A stretch of DNA of 64,000 bases from contig CAVYSY010000021.1 of NCBI GenBank assembly GCA_963771175.1, forward strand, positions 128,001 to 192,000. Reading direction: 5' to 3'. The translations under genes and the position numbers were made by a program. Below, piece by piece: positions 21,773-30,762 of this stretch; position 1 is the stretch's first letter; each line of letters begins with the position of its first letter. The notes under the pieces are model-generated. The model saw nothing but the letters and a program-made list of their open reading frames with translations, searched no databases and had not been told where the DNA came from. The stretch comes from an uncultured delta proteobacterium. GTDB taxonomy: Bacteria; Myxococcota; Myxococcia; Myxococcales; Myxococcaceae.

Positions 21773-23546
21773 ATGCGGAACGGTCTCGCTGGAACGCTCA
21801 TCACCTCGGGACGTGAGCGGCTGACAGCGCTCGCGAGAGTGCTGGGCTTCGACGCGTCATCCACCCGGGCGATGCAGGAAGTCTTTCTCACCCTCGCATC
21901 GAGCTGGCGAGACCTGCCAGCCGGTGGTGCTCCTCCCTGGCCCTCGGACGTGTGTGACGACCACTCGCCCTTCGAGCTGTCCATCGCGCTCGACGCCGAG
22001 GGGCCGCAGCTTCGCGTGCTGGTGGAGCCGATGGACGCGTCGCCCTCGCTCCACTCCAACCGGGCCGCGAGCCTGCGCCTGCACGAGGAGCTCGAGCGCA
22101 CCCAGGGCATCAACGTCGAGCGGCTGCGCGCGCTGGAGTCGCTGCTGATGCCGGAGGATGCGCAGGGCCGGTTCGTCGCGTGGCACGCGGCGGCGTTCAG
22201 CCCGGGGCAGCCGGTGGACTTCAAGGTGTACTTCAACCTGCTGGCCCACGGCGCGGGTCGCGCGGCCCCGCTCACCCAGGAGGCGCTGGACCGGATTGGC
22301 TTCCACAAGGCCTGGTCCACGGTGGCCGAGGTGCTGGGACGCCGCGAGGAGGGACTGGACCAGGTCGTCTACTTCGCGCTCGACCTGTCCTCCCGCGGCG
22401 AGGCGCGGGCGAAGCTCTACTTGCGCCATCTCCAGCCGACCGCGGCTTTCCTCGAGGAGGTGTGCGCGGTGGCTCGCCACCACCAGCCGGGAGTCGTCTC
22501 CGAGTTCTGCCGCCAGATGGCTGGCGGCGACGAGGGCCCCTACATTGGCAAGGGACCGGTGACCTGCTTCAGCTTCACGGACCCGTCGGATGCTCGACCC
22601 AAGGCGGTGACGGCCTACTTCCCCGTGTCGCACTACGCGCGCGACGACCAGGAGATCCGCCAGCGGCTCACCGACTACCTGAAGGAGCAGGACCTCGCCA
22701 CGGCCCCCTACCTGGCGGCGCTCGAGGCCTGTGCTCGCCGTCCGCTGGAGGCGGGCGCGGGCATCCAAACCTATGCCGCGGTGCGGTGGCAGGGAAAGCC
22801 CCGCGTCACCGTGTACTTCTCGCCGGAGACCTACGGGATGATGGAGCAGCGGAGCGAGGCCCCCATGACGCAGGAGACCCGGCCGGCGACAGGGATTGTC
22901 GACCACTTCGAGGCGCACTCCCTCTCGGACCATCCGTTCTTCGCGCGGATGCGCCACGAGCCGGTGCGGCTGGAGGTGCTGGCGCGCGTGCTGGCCAACT
23001 TCCGCGTGGGCATCACCCGGGAGTTCCCGCGCCGGCTGGCGTGGCTCACCGCGCGCGTGGGGGATGAGCGCATCCGCAGCGTGCTGGCCAAGCAGCTCAA
23101 CGACGAGCTGGGCGATGGGGACTTCACTCGCGCCCACCGGGGGCTCTTCGAGCGCATGTTCGAGGTACTCGCGCCCTGGGCTCCGCCGGGGACGGAGGAG
23201 ATGCTCGCACCGGGCTTCGCGCTCGGAGAGGGAGCTGGAGCGCTGCTACGTGACGGCCGAGCCGTACGAGGGCGTGGGCGCGAGCCTCGTGGTCGAGGTC
23301 TACGGCAAGCAGGTGGACACGATCATCGCGGAGCAGTTCCGCCGCCAGACGGAGATTCCCCCCTCGGCCCTCGAGTGGCTGCACCTGCACGAGACCCTGG
23401 AGGTGGAGCACGCCGGGGAGGCGATGGACATCGCGCGGCTCATCCCCTCCGGCCCGGGCAGCGAGGCCGCATGGCGCGGGGCGAAGGCCGTCGCCATCGC
23501 GTCTCGTGCCTTCTTCGACGCCCTCTACCGCCAGTGCTACCCATGA
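21773..23546 (+). CDS. DMATS/tryptophan dimethylallyltransferase-family prenyltransferase read in frame with a heme-oxygenase-like diiron oxidase (TenA/PqqC/CADD fold); one extra base near 23231
   Basis: GAGGAGGAG SD before ATG 21773. Prenyltransferase motifs: WPSDVCDDHSPFELS, LRVLVE, FKVYFN, YFALDL, AKLYLRH, VTVYFSPE. HDO motifs: HPFF, QLNDELGDGDFTRAH, VVEVY, HETLEVEH. May be two genes coupled by ATGA at 22865. Confidence 0.75.
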
Positions 23547-24688
23547 GCGCTCTCGACTTCGGCGCGCTGCGCGCCCGCTTCCCCATCTTCTCCGAGCGCA
23601 CCTACTTCGCCACGCAGTGCCTCGGCCCCATGCCCGCCGAGGCGTATGCGGACCTGTTCGAGTACGCCCGGACGCTGGGGCTGCGCAATCGCTCCATTCC
23701 GCTGTGGCTCGAGCGCATGGCCGAGCTCATCGGCCTGCTGGAGCAGTTGCTCGGCGCGGAGTCGGGCTCGGTGGCGCTTCGGGAGAGTGCCACCGCGGCA
23801 CAGGCGGCCATCGCCTCCGCGGTGACGCCCCGGCCGGAGCGCAACCGCATCCTCTACAGCGCCATCGACTTCCACTCCTCGCGCTACCTGTGGTCCGCGC
23901 AGGCGCGGCGCGGCTTCTCCGTCGAGGAACTGCGGCCCGAGGACGGGGTGTCGCTGCGGCCCGAGGACGTGCTCCGGCACCTGGACGAGCGGGTGGCCAT
24001 CGTGGCGCTGTCGCTGGTGTCGCCGCGCACCGGGGCGCTCCTGGATGTCGTCCCGGTGGTGAAGGCGGCGCATGACGCGGGGGCCCTCGTGGTGCTCGAT
24101 GCGTATCAGGCCGTGGGCGTGGTGCCCGTGGACGTGCGGCGGCTCGGAGCGGACGTCGTGGTCGGTGGCACCCACAAGTGGCTGGGCGGAGGCGGCACCG
24201 GGCTCGCCTTCCTGTACGTGCGGCCCTCGCTGGCCGAGCGGCTCCAGCCGGCCTACCCGGGGTGGATTGGCCACCGGGAGATGGTCGGGTTCGCGGAGCG
24301 CTACGAGCCCGCACCGGGAGGCGCGCGCTTCCAGCAGGGGACGCCCGCCATGGAGCCCATCTACACGGCGCGCGCGGGCCTGCGCTTCGTGCTGGAGACG
24401 GGCGTGGAGCGGCTGCGGGCGCGCAACGTGGCGCTCACCACCCGGATGATGGCCCGGGCGCTCGACGCGGGGCTCTCGGTGAAGACGCCGCACGAGCCCG
24501 AGCGGCGCGGCGGGATGCTCTGCTTCGACATGGAGGACGGCTCCTCGGTCGTCGAGCGGATGGCGGCGCTCGGCATCGACATCGACACCCGGCCGGGCGC
24601 GGGCATCCGCGTCTCGCCCCATCCCTGCAACACGGAGCAGGAGTGCGACCGCGTCATCGACGAGCTCGCGCGCCTGACACGGCGATGA
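23543..24688 (+). CDS. Class V PLP-dependent enzyme, kynureninase-like
   Basis: YFATQCLGPMP, DAYQAVG, GGTHKWLGGG (PLP lysine), PGWIGH, RFQQGTP, IRVSPH; ATGA overlap with the upstream stop. Confidence 0.82.
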   Translation: MSALDFGALRARFPIFSERTYFATQCLGPMPAEAYADLFEYARTLGLRNRSIPLWLERMAELIGLLEQLLGAESGSVALRESATAAQAAIASAVTPRPERNRILYSAIDFHSSRYLWSAQARRGFSVEELRPEDGVSLRPEDVLRHLDERVAIVALSLVSPRTGALLDVVPVVKAAHDAGALVVLDAYQAVGVVPVDVRRLGADVVVGGTHKWLGGGGTGLAFLYVRPSLAERLQPAYPGWIGHREMVGFAERYEPAPGGARFQQGTPAMEPIYTARAGLRFVLETGVERLRARNVALTTRMMARALDAGLSVKTPHEPERRGGMLCFDMEDGSSVVERMAALGIDIDTRPGAGIRVSPHPCNTEQECDRVIDELARLTRR

Positions 24689-25767
24689 GTGGCGCGACGC
24701 TCGATTTCCGAGGCGAGCCGGTGCCGTGTACGCCGGCCACCCTCCAACTGCTCGCCTGCGCGCCGCTGTTGGGCTCGGTGCTCGGCGCGGCGGTGGACTC
24801 GAGGCTCTTCGACCATCTGGCGGAGGGCGCGCTCGACGCCGAGGGACTGGCCACCCGCGCGGGCATCTCCGTGGACGGGGCGCGGCGTCTCCTCACGGCG
24901 CTCGTGGCGCTCGGGCTCGTCGAGCAGGAGCCGGGTCCGCGCTTCCGCAACGGTCCCCTGGCGGCTGCGGCGCTCACTTCCGGAGGGGAGGACTCACTCG
25001 TGCCGTTCCTCCTCCACCAGCGCCGTCACGTCGACTCGCTCTTCGCGCACCTGGACGAGGGCGTGCGCACGGGTCGGCCCCAGTTCGAGCACTGGCCATT
25101 CGTCGACCCCGCGCGCCGCGCCGGGGACCCGTACTCGGAGCTGGTCCAACACCCGGAGGAGTACGCGCTCCTCATGCGGGCCATGGACAGCGCGAGCCGT
25201 GGGGTAGGGCGTGTCATCGCCGAGCAGGTGGACTTCTCCGAGGTGCACCGGCTCGTGGACCTCGGGGGCGGCGGAGGACAGGTGGCCATCGAGCTGGCGC
25301 AGGCGGTGCCGCACCTGTCCATCGAGCTCGTCGACACGCCGCCCGCGCGGGCCCATGCCGCCGGGCGCATCGAGCGCGCCGGGCTCTCCGAGCGCATCCG
25401 CTGCACGACGGCGGACCTTCGCGAGGACCTGAGCGGCTCCCTCGCGCTGGCCGATGCGGTGCTCCTGTCGGGGGTGATTGGTGACTTCGTGGCGGAGGAG
25501 CGCGCCCGCGTCCTCGCGCGAGCGGTGCGCCTGCTGCGCCCGGGGGGGCTGCTGCTCGTGAGCGAGACACTGTTCCACCCCGAGCGGCGGGGCCCCCTGC
25601 TGCCCGCGCTCCTGTCGCTGTTCATGCTGCTCAGCACCGGGGGCGACAACTTCACGCCGGAGGAGATGGAAGGGATGCTCCGTACGGCGGGCCTGTCGGA
25701 CATCCGCCTCTTCTTCAACGGCGCGCGGGGCCTGCGGGACCTCGCGGTGGCTCGCCGTCCGGGCTAA
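24685..25767 (+). CDS. SAM-dependent methyltransferase (O-methyltransferase family with N-terminal dimerisation domain)
   Basis: Winged-helix dimerisation N-terminus; LVDLGGGGG motif I; LRPGGLLLVSE; ATGA overlap at 24685. Confidence 0.88.
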   Translation: MSGATLDFRGEPVPCTPATLQLLACAPLLGSVLGAAVDSRLFDHLAEGALDAEGLATRAGISVDGARRLLTALVALGLVEQEPGPRFRNGPLAAAALTSGGEDSLVPFLLHQRRHVDSLFAHLDEGVRTGRPQFEHWPFVDPARRAGDPYSELVQHPEEYALLMRAMDSASRGVGRVIAEQVDFSEVHRLVDLGGGGGQVAIELAQAVPHLSIELVDTPPARAHAAGRIERAGLSERIRCTTADLREDLSGSLALADAVLLSGVIGDFVAEERARVLARAVRLLRPGGLLLVSETLFHPERRGPLLPALLSLFMLLSTGGDNFTPEEMEGMLRTAGLSDIRLFFNGARGLRDLAVARRPG

Positions 25768-25800
25768 GCCATCAGAAGCAAGTCGGTGCAGGGGGGACCG

Positions 25801-25861
25801 CCGGGCGCGCGCTCGCGCAACTGGTCCGAGGGTCGGACCCGTTCGTGAGGAGCGCGCCCGG
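25801..25861. repeat. Long imperfect inverted repeat with GTCCGA-N3-TCGGAC core
   Basis: CCGGGCGCGC...GGTCCGA GGG TCGGACC...GCGCGCCCGG. Confidence 0.6.
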
Positions 25862-25911
25862 GAGGCAGGAGGGGGTCGGCGGACAGAGGACCCTCCGGGC
25901 TCGGTTTCGAA

Positions 25912-25938
25912 AAACCTGTCCGACAGTCGGACAGGTTT
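25912..25938. repeat. 27-bp palindrome (REP-like element)
   Basis: AAACCTGTCCGAC-A-GTCGGACAGGTTT, perfect 13-bp arms. Confidence 0.75.
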
Positions 25939-26149
25939 CTGAAAAGTGTGGCCGGAAGGCCGGTGGGTGCCGGTCGTCGCCCCTGAAGGGACCTACTTCC
26001 GATGGCTTAGCCGGGTGGGGGGCCTGCCCGCTTGTATGAACTCCACTCGCTGAGTAACCCCGCTGCCGCAACTTGCGAAGCCGAGCATCACCTGGGGGAG
26101 GCTCTCGGGCGGCAACACGCCCCTGAGCCCCCCTGCGCCGGTCCGGGTG

Positions 26150-26587
26150 CTACTTCCCGACGCGGGCGTAGCTGCCCTTGAGGGTCACGCCCACCACGAA
26201 GGAGCCGGCGTGGCACTCGAACTCCGTGGTGCTCTTGAACTCGCTCTTCTTGTAGTAGCTGACGATGCCGACCACCGCGTTGGCGCCCTTCTTCTTCGCG
26301 GTGTCCTGCAGCGAGATGAGCACCGACAGTGCCGCCCACTTGCAGCCGAACTCGTCGGACTTGCCCAGGCTGTTGGTCTTCTTGTTGCTCACCCCCTCAC
26401 CGAGGGTCTCGACCACGGCCGGCGTCTTCGCTCCCGCGAGGTAGAACGCCACGGACTTGTCCAGCTTGCCCTTCGCCTCCGGCATCGCGAGGACGTCGGC
26501 CAGCTTGATTTTGTAGACCGTGTCGCGCGCCAGGGCCGGCGTCGCGAACGTCACGGCCAGAATGGACATGGCCATCCACTTCTTCAT
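26150..26587 (-). CDS. Small exported protein typical of aryl polyene clusters (often mislabelled as an excinuclease subunit)
   Basis: Signal peptide; SNKKTNSLGKSDEFGC...GANAVV...FECHAG...VTLKG pattern. Confidence 0.75.
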   Translation of the reverse strand: MKKWMAMSILAVTFATPALARDTVYKIKLADVLAMPEAKGKLDKSVAFYLAGAKTPAVVETLGEGVSNKKTNSLGKSDEFGCKWAALSVLISLQDTAKKKGANAVVGIVSYYKKSEFKSTTEFECHAGSFVVGVTLKGSYARVGK

Positions 26588-26600
26588 CGTTGTCCCTCCC

Positions 26601-27839
26601 CTAGTCCCAACGGCGGAACACCAACGAGGTGTTGATTCCGCCGAAGGCGAAGTTGTTGCTCATGACGAGGTCCGTCTGGATGTTGCGACCCTCGCCGGTG
26701 ATGTAGTCCAGCGGCGCGCAGCGCGGGTCCACCGAGCCCGGCTCGAGGTGGAGCGTCGGCGCGAACCAGCCCGAGCGCATCATCTCGATGGTCATCCAGG
26801 CCTCGAGCGCACCGCAGGCGCCCAGGGTGTGCCCCAGGTAGCTCTTGAGCGAGCAGAAGGGGACCCGCTTGCCGAACACGCTGTGGGTGCCGGCCGTCTC
26901 GGCGATGTCGCCGTGCTCGGTGGCGGTGCCGTGGGCGTTCACGTAGCCGATGTCCGCGGGGGACACCCCCGCGTCCTCCAGGGCCAGCCGCATGGCGTCG
27001 GCCATGGTGGGGGCGTTGGGCTGGGTGACGTGTCGGCCGTCGTTGTTGGTGCCGTAGCCGACGACCTCCGCGTAGATGGTCGCGCCGCGCGCACGGGCGT
27101 GCTCCAGCTCCTCGAGCACGAGGGTGCACGCCCCCTCACCGAGCACCAGCCCCGTCCGAGCCGCGTGGAAGGGCCGCGGGGTGAGGTGCGGCGTGTCGTT
27201 GTTCTGGGTGCTGGTGGCGAAGAGGGTGTCGAACACCGCCGCTTCCGTCGCGTCGAGCTCCTCGGCGCCGCCGGCGAGCATCGCCACCTGGCGCCCCATC
27301 TTGATGGCCTCGTAGGCGTAGCCGATTCCCTGGCTGCCCGACGTGCACGCGCTGGAGGTGGTGATGATGCGCCCCGTGATTCCGAAGAAGACGCCGATGT
27401 TCACCGGGGCCGTGTGCGCCATCATCCGGATGTAGGTGGTGGCGGTGATTCCCTCGGTGGTTTTCTCCGTAATCATCCGGCCGAAGTCGGCCATGTTGGC
27501 GGGGGTGCCGGAGGACGAGCCGTAGGCGATGCCCATCTTCCCGCTCTTGAGCAGCGGGTCTCCCAGCAGCCCTGCCGACTGCAGGGCCAGCTCGCTGGCG
27601 CGCGTGGCCAGCAGCGCGACGCGGCCCATGCTCCGCGTGGCCTTGCGGCTGTAGGTCTGGGGGGGGAGCTCGAAGGGGGCAGCGGGCGCGCCCACCCGCG
27701 TGTTCAGGCCCTCGTACACCTTCCACGCGTCCATGGTCTGGACGGCGTTGCGAAGCGACCTCAGCCTCGCCTCCACCGTCTTCCAGTCATGGCCGAGCGG
27801 GCTGATGGCCCCGATGCCGGTGACGACAACCCTCTTCAT
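26601..27839 (-). CDS. Beta-ketoacyl-ACP synthase (FabF-like, APE cluster)
   Basis: MKRVVVTGIG, SSACTSG, NAHGTAT, KSYLGHTLGACG, NNFAFGG. Confidence 0.93.
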   Translation of the reverse strand: MKRVVVTGIGAISPLGHDWKTVEARLRSLRNAVQTMDAWKVYEGLNTRVGAPAAPFELPPQTYSRKATRSMGRVALLATRASELALQSAGLLGDPLLKSGKMGIAYGSSSGTPANMADFGRMITEKTTEGITATTYIRMMAHTAPVNIGVFFGITGRIITTSSACTSGSQGIGYAYEAIKMGRQVAMLAGGAEELDATEAAVFDTLFATSTQNNDTPHLTPRPFHAARTGLVLGEGACTLVLEELEHARARGATIYAEVVGYGTNNDGRHVTQPNAPTMADAMRLALEDAGVSPADIGYVNAHGTATEHGDIAETAGTHSVFGKRVPFCSLKSYLGHTLGACGALEAWMTIEMMRSGWFAPTLHLEPGSVDPRCAPLDYITGEGRNIQTDLVMSNNFAFGGINTSLVFRRWD

Positions 27840-28567
27840 CCGAACAATCCCCCGTTCACGGAGATGACCTGCCGAGTGATGTACGCCGCGTCCTTGCCCA
27901 TGAGGAAGCTGATCGTCGCGGCCACCTCCTCGGGCGTCCCCATGCGCCGGGCGGGAATGAGCTTGAGCGCCTCTTCCACCACGTGCGCCTCCACCATCTC
28001 CGTCTCGATGAGACCGGGGGCGACGCAGTTGACGGTGATTTCCCGGCGGGCCAGCTCGATGGCGAGCGCCTTGGTCGCGCCGATGATGCCGGCCTTCGCC
28101 GCGCTGTAGTTCACCTGCCCCCGGTTGCCCATGAGCCCGGACACGGAGGAGAGGGTGACGATGCGTCCGGGCTTGCGACGCCGGACCATCGGCATCGTGA
28201 GCGGGTTGAGCACGTTGTAGAAGGCGTCGAGGTTGGTGTGGATGACCACGTCCCAGTCCTCGGGGGGCATGGCCGGAAAGGCGTTGTCCCGGGCGATGCC
28301 CGCGTTGCACACCACCCCGTAGTAGCAGCCGTGCTCCTCGACGTCGGCAAGGAGGGCCTGCGCGGTGGCGGCCCGGTCCGCCACGTCGAACTGCAGCACG
28401 CGGCTGCCCCTGCCGAGCTCGCGCATCTGCCCGGCCACCGCCTCGGCCTCCTCGCGCCGGCTGCGGCAGTGGACGACCACGTCGTAGCCATCACGCGCCA
28501 GGCGCAGGGCGACCGCGCGACCGATGCCCCGGCTGGAGCCCGTCACCAGTACCGTGTTGTCACTCAT
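27836..28567 (-). CDS. 3-oxoacyl-ACP reductase (FabG-like)
   Basis: TGSSRGIG, NAG, YSAAK SDR motifs. Confidence 0.93.
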   Translation of the reverse strand: MSDNTVLVTGSSRGIGRAVALRLARDGYDVVVHCRSRREEAEAVAGQMRELGRGSRVLQFDVADRAATAQALLADVEEHGCYYGVVCNAGIARDNAFPAMPPEDWDVVIHTNLDAFYNVLNPLTMPMVRRRKPGRIVTLSSVSGLMGNRGQVNYSAAKAGIIGATKALAIELARREITVNCVAPGLIETEMVEAHVVEEALKLIPARRMGTPEEVAATISFLMGKDAAYITRQVISVNGGLFG

Positions 28568-29007
28568 TCCCCAGCCCCGTCGGGTGGTTCGAACACCGTC
28601 AGTGCGGCGCTCGCCACCGTCTCACCCTCGATGGAGATGGTGCAAGCGAATTGCCCCATGCCGGACTCCGCCCAGAACTCCTGACGGACCTGGATGAGAA
28701 GCCGCTCGCCCGCCCTGAAGACGGGACGGCTGCACGAATAGCGGCGCGTCCCCAGCAGGAAGCCCATCTTCGGCGCTTCTCCGCGCAGCCGGGCATTCCA
28801 TCCGGCCCACGCCCCCACCGTCTGGGCCATGAACTCGATTCCGACCCAGCCCCCCACCCCCCCGTCCCGGAAGAAGAGGCAGTCCTCGCGGATGGTCACC
28901 TCGGCCACCATCCCGGAGTCGTCGGCCTCCAGGGCGCGGTCGATGAGGCGCATGGGGCCGCTGTGCGCCACCAGGTCGGCGAGCGCGTAGTCGACTGGAG
29001 TTCCCAT
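28564..29007 (-). CDS. Hotdog-fold 3-hydroxyacyl-ACP dehydratase (ApeP-like)
   Basis: LVAHSGPMRLID, IEFMAQT, GFLLGTR. Confidence 0.85.
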   Translation of the reverse strand: MGTPVDYALADLVAHSGPMRLIDRALEADDSGMVAEVTIREDCLFFRDGGVGGWVGIEFMAQTVGAWAGWNARLRGEAPKMGFLLGTRRYSCSRPVFRAGERLLIQVRQEFWAESGMGQFACTISIEGETVASAALTVFEPPDGAGE

Positions 29008-30200
29008 CAGGCGCGCCCCAGGAGCAGCGCGGCGTTGCTGCCGCCGAACCCGAAGGAGTTGCTCAGCGCATAGCGGGGCGGACGGCCCAGGCTGTAGTCG
29101 GCAGGCACCAGGGCCAGCGCGGGAAGCGCCGGGTCGGGCTCTCCATCCCACCAGTGGGGGGGCAGCAGCCCGGCCGGGTTGTCGGTGAGGGTCAGCCAGC
29201 AGAAGGCGGCCTCCAGTGCGCCCGCGGCCCCCAGGGTGTGCCCGGTGAGCGGCTTGGTGGAGCTGGACGGAACGTCTCCGCCGAGCAGCGCGTGCACCGC
29301 CCGGCTCTCCATCGCGTCGTTGAGGGGCGTGGCCGTCCCGTGGAGGTTGACGTAGTCGACGTCGGCCGGGGCCACGCCTCCGCGCTCCAGCGCCGCCTTC
29401 ATCGCGGCCAGCGCGCCCCGGCCGCCGGGCTCCGGCGCGGAGATGTGGTGCGCGTCGGAGGACTCACCCCAGCCGGCGAGCCGCACCGGCCCCGGCTCCC
29501 GCGTCATCAGGAAGAGGGCCGCGCCCTCGCCGATGTTGATGCCGCGGCGGTGGACGCTCATGGGGTTGCAGCGCGCCTCGCTCACCGACTCGAGCGCGGA
29601 GAACCCGGCGACGGTGAAGCGGCACAGCGAGTCGGCCCCTCCTGCGATGACCGCGTCGCAGACGCCCGCGCGCAGCAGTCGGGCGGCGCTGGCCAGCGCC
29701 TTGGCGCTGGAGGAGCAGGCGGTGGAGATGACGAGGGTCGGCCCCGCCAGGCCGAGCAGCCCACTGAGCGCCATGGCCGGTGAGCCGAGCTCCTGCTGCC
29801 GCAGGTGGAAGGAGGGGGAAAGCGCGCCGTGGGCGGCATGCTCCACCATGGCGGTCTCGCTCTCCCCGATGCCGGAGGTGCTCGTTCCCAGGACGACCCC
29901 CACCCGCTCGGGACCGAAGCGGGCGATGGCCGCATCCACCTCGGAGCGGATGTCCGCCAGCGCGGTGAGCAGCAGCGCGTTGTTGCGGCTGCGCAAGGGG
30001 CGCGCGAGCACCTCCGTGTCGGCCAGCGGCGAGGTGACCTGGCCCACGTGCAGCGTGCGAGCGGCGAAATCGTCGCTCGGGGCCACACCGCTCGGCGCGC
30101 CGGCGAACAGGGCGGCGCGGACCTGGTGCCTGCCCGCTCCCGGGGCGCACACGAGGCCCAGCGCATTGAGGAAGACCGGCCGGTTCATAGGGTCATTCAT
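29007..30200 (-). CDS. Beta-ketoacyl-ACP synthase (APE ketosynthase)
   Basis: STACSSS, NLHGTAT, KPLTGHTLGAAG, NSFGFGG. Confidence 0.92.
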   Translation of the reverse strand: MNDPMNRPVFLNALGLVCAPGAGRHQVRAALFAGAPSGVAPSDDFAARTLHVGQVTSPLADTEVLARPLRSRNNALLLTALADIRSEVDAAIARFGPERVGVVLGTSTSGIGESETAMVEHAAHGALSPSFHLRQQELGSPAMALSGLLGLAGPTLVISTACSSSAKALASAARLLRAGVCDAVIAGGADSLCRFTVAGFSALESVSEARCNPMSVHRRGINIGEGAALFLMTREPGPVRLAGWGESSDAHHISAPEPGGRGALAAMKAALERGGVAPADVDYVNLHGTATPLNDAMESRAVHALLGGDVPSSSTKPLTGHTLGAAGALEAAFCWLTLTDNPAGLLPPHWWDGEPDPALPALALVPADYSLGRPPRYALSNSFGFGGSNAALLLGRA

Positions 30201-30762
30201 CGGTGTTGCGGCGCGACTGGATGGTCAGCCGGTAGTGCTCCGCCTCATTGCGCAGCTCGGCCCCACCTTCCCAGCGGGGATGGCCATCGTAGCGCACCAC
30301 CACCTTCTTCTGTCCTGCGTAGAGGAGCGCTCGGCTGCCCGGCGAGTCCTCCAGGGTCCAGCCGGGGGGCAGGGCGGCCCGGACACCCTCGGCGGGCCAG
30401 TAGACGAGCTGGATGTCCCGGAGCACCCGGGCCGCCTGGAGCTGGGGGGGGACGAAGGGCGCCCGCTGCTCCTCGAGGCGCTGGCCGTCCCAGAGGAGGG
30501 TGAAGACGCGCTGGCCGAGCGTGAACCCGGCCAGCCGCAGCTGCTCGGCATCGACTTCCAGCAGGGCCTCGAGCGAGCGGGCCCCACCGGCATCCCGGGC
30601 GTGCTCGAACGTCAGCTGCTGCGTGAGGCTCACCGGCTGCCCGAGCCCGGCCGGGGGCAGCCGGAGCTCGGGCAGGGCCTCCGCCTGCGCCGCGGGTCGC
30701 GTCGGACGTGCGGCGCAGGCGGTCAGGGCCAGCAGGGCAGCGGCGGCAATCAGGCGGCGCAC
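30193..30762 (-). CDS. DUF3261-like lipoprotein
   Basis: GTG start with lipobox LTAC; VLRDIQLVYWP motif; position in the cluster matches APE gene order. Confidence 0.75.
   Translation of the reverse strand: MRRLIAAAALLALTACAARPTRPAAQAEALPELRLPPAGLGQPVSLTQQLTFEHARDAGGARSLEALLEVDAEQLRLAGFTLGQRVFTLLWDGQRLEEQRAPFVPPQLQAARVLRDIQLVYWPAEGVRAALPPGWTLEDSPGSRALLYAGQKKVVVRYDGHPRWEGGAELRNEAEHYRLTIQSRRNTDE

Noticed and set aside
21698..24688. 996-aa ORF suggesting a prenyltransferase-HDO-aminotransferase triple fusion
   Set aside because: An extra G near 23231 diverts the frame. The real HDO C-terminus is in the 22896..23546 frame, and the PLP enzyme has its own ATG at 23543.
26150..26587. Excinuclease (UvrA) assignment for the last APE gene
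   Set aside because: 145 aa with a signal peptide and no ABC ATPase motifs.
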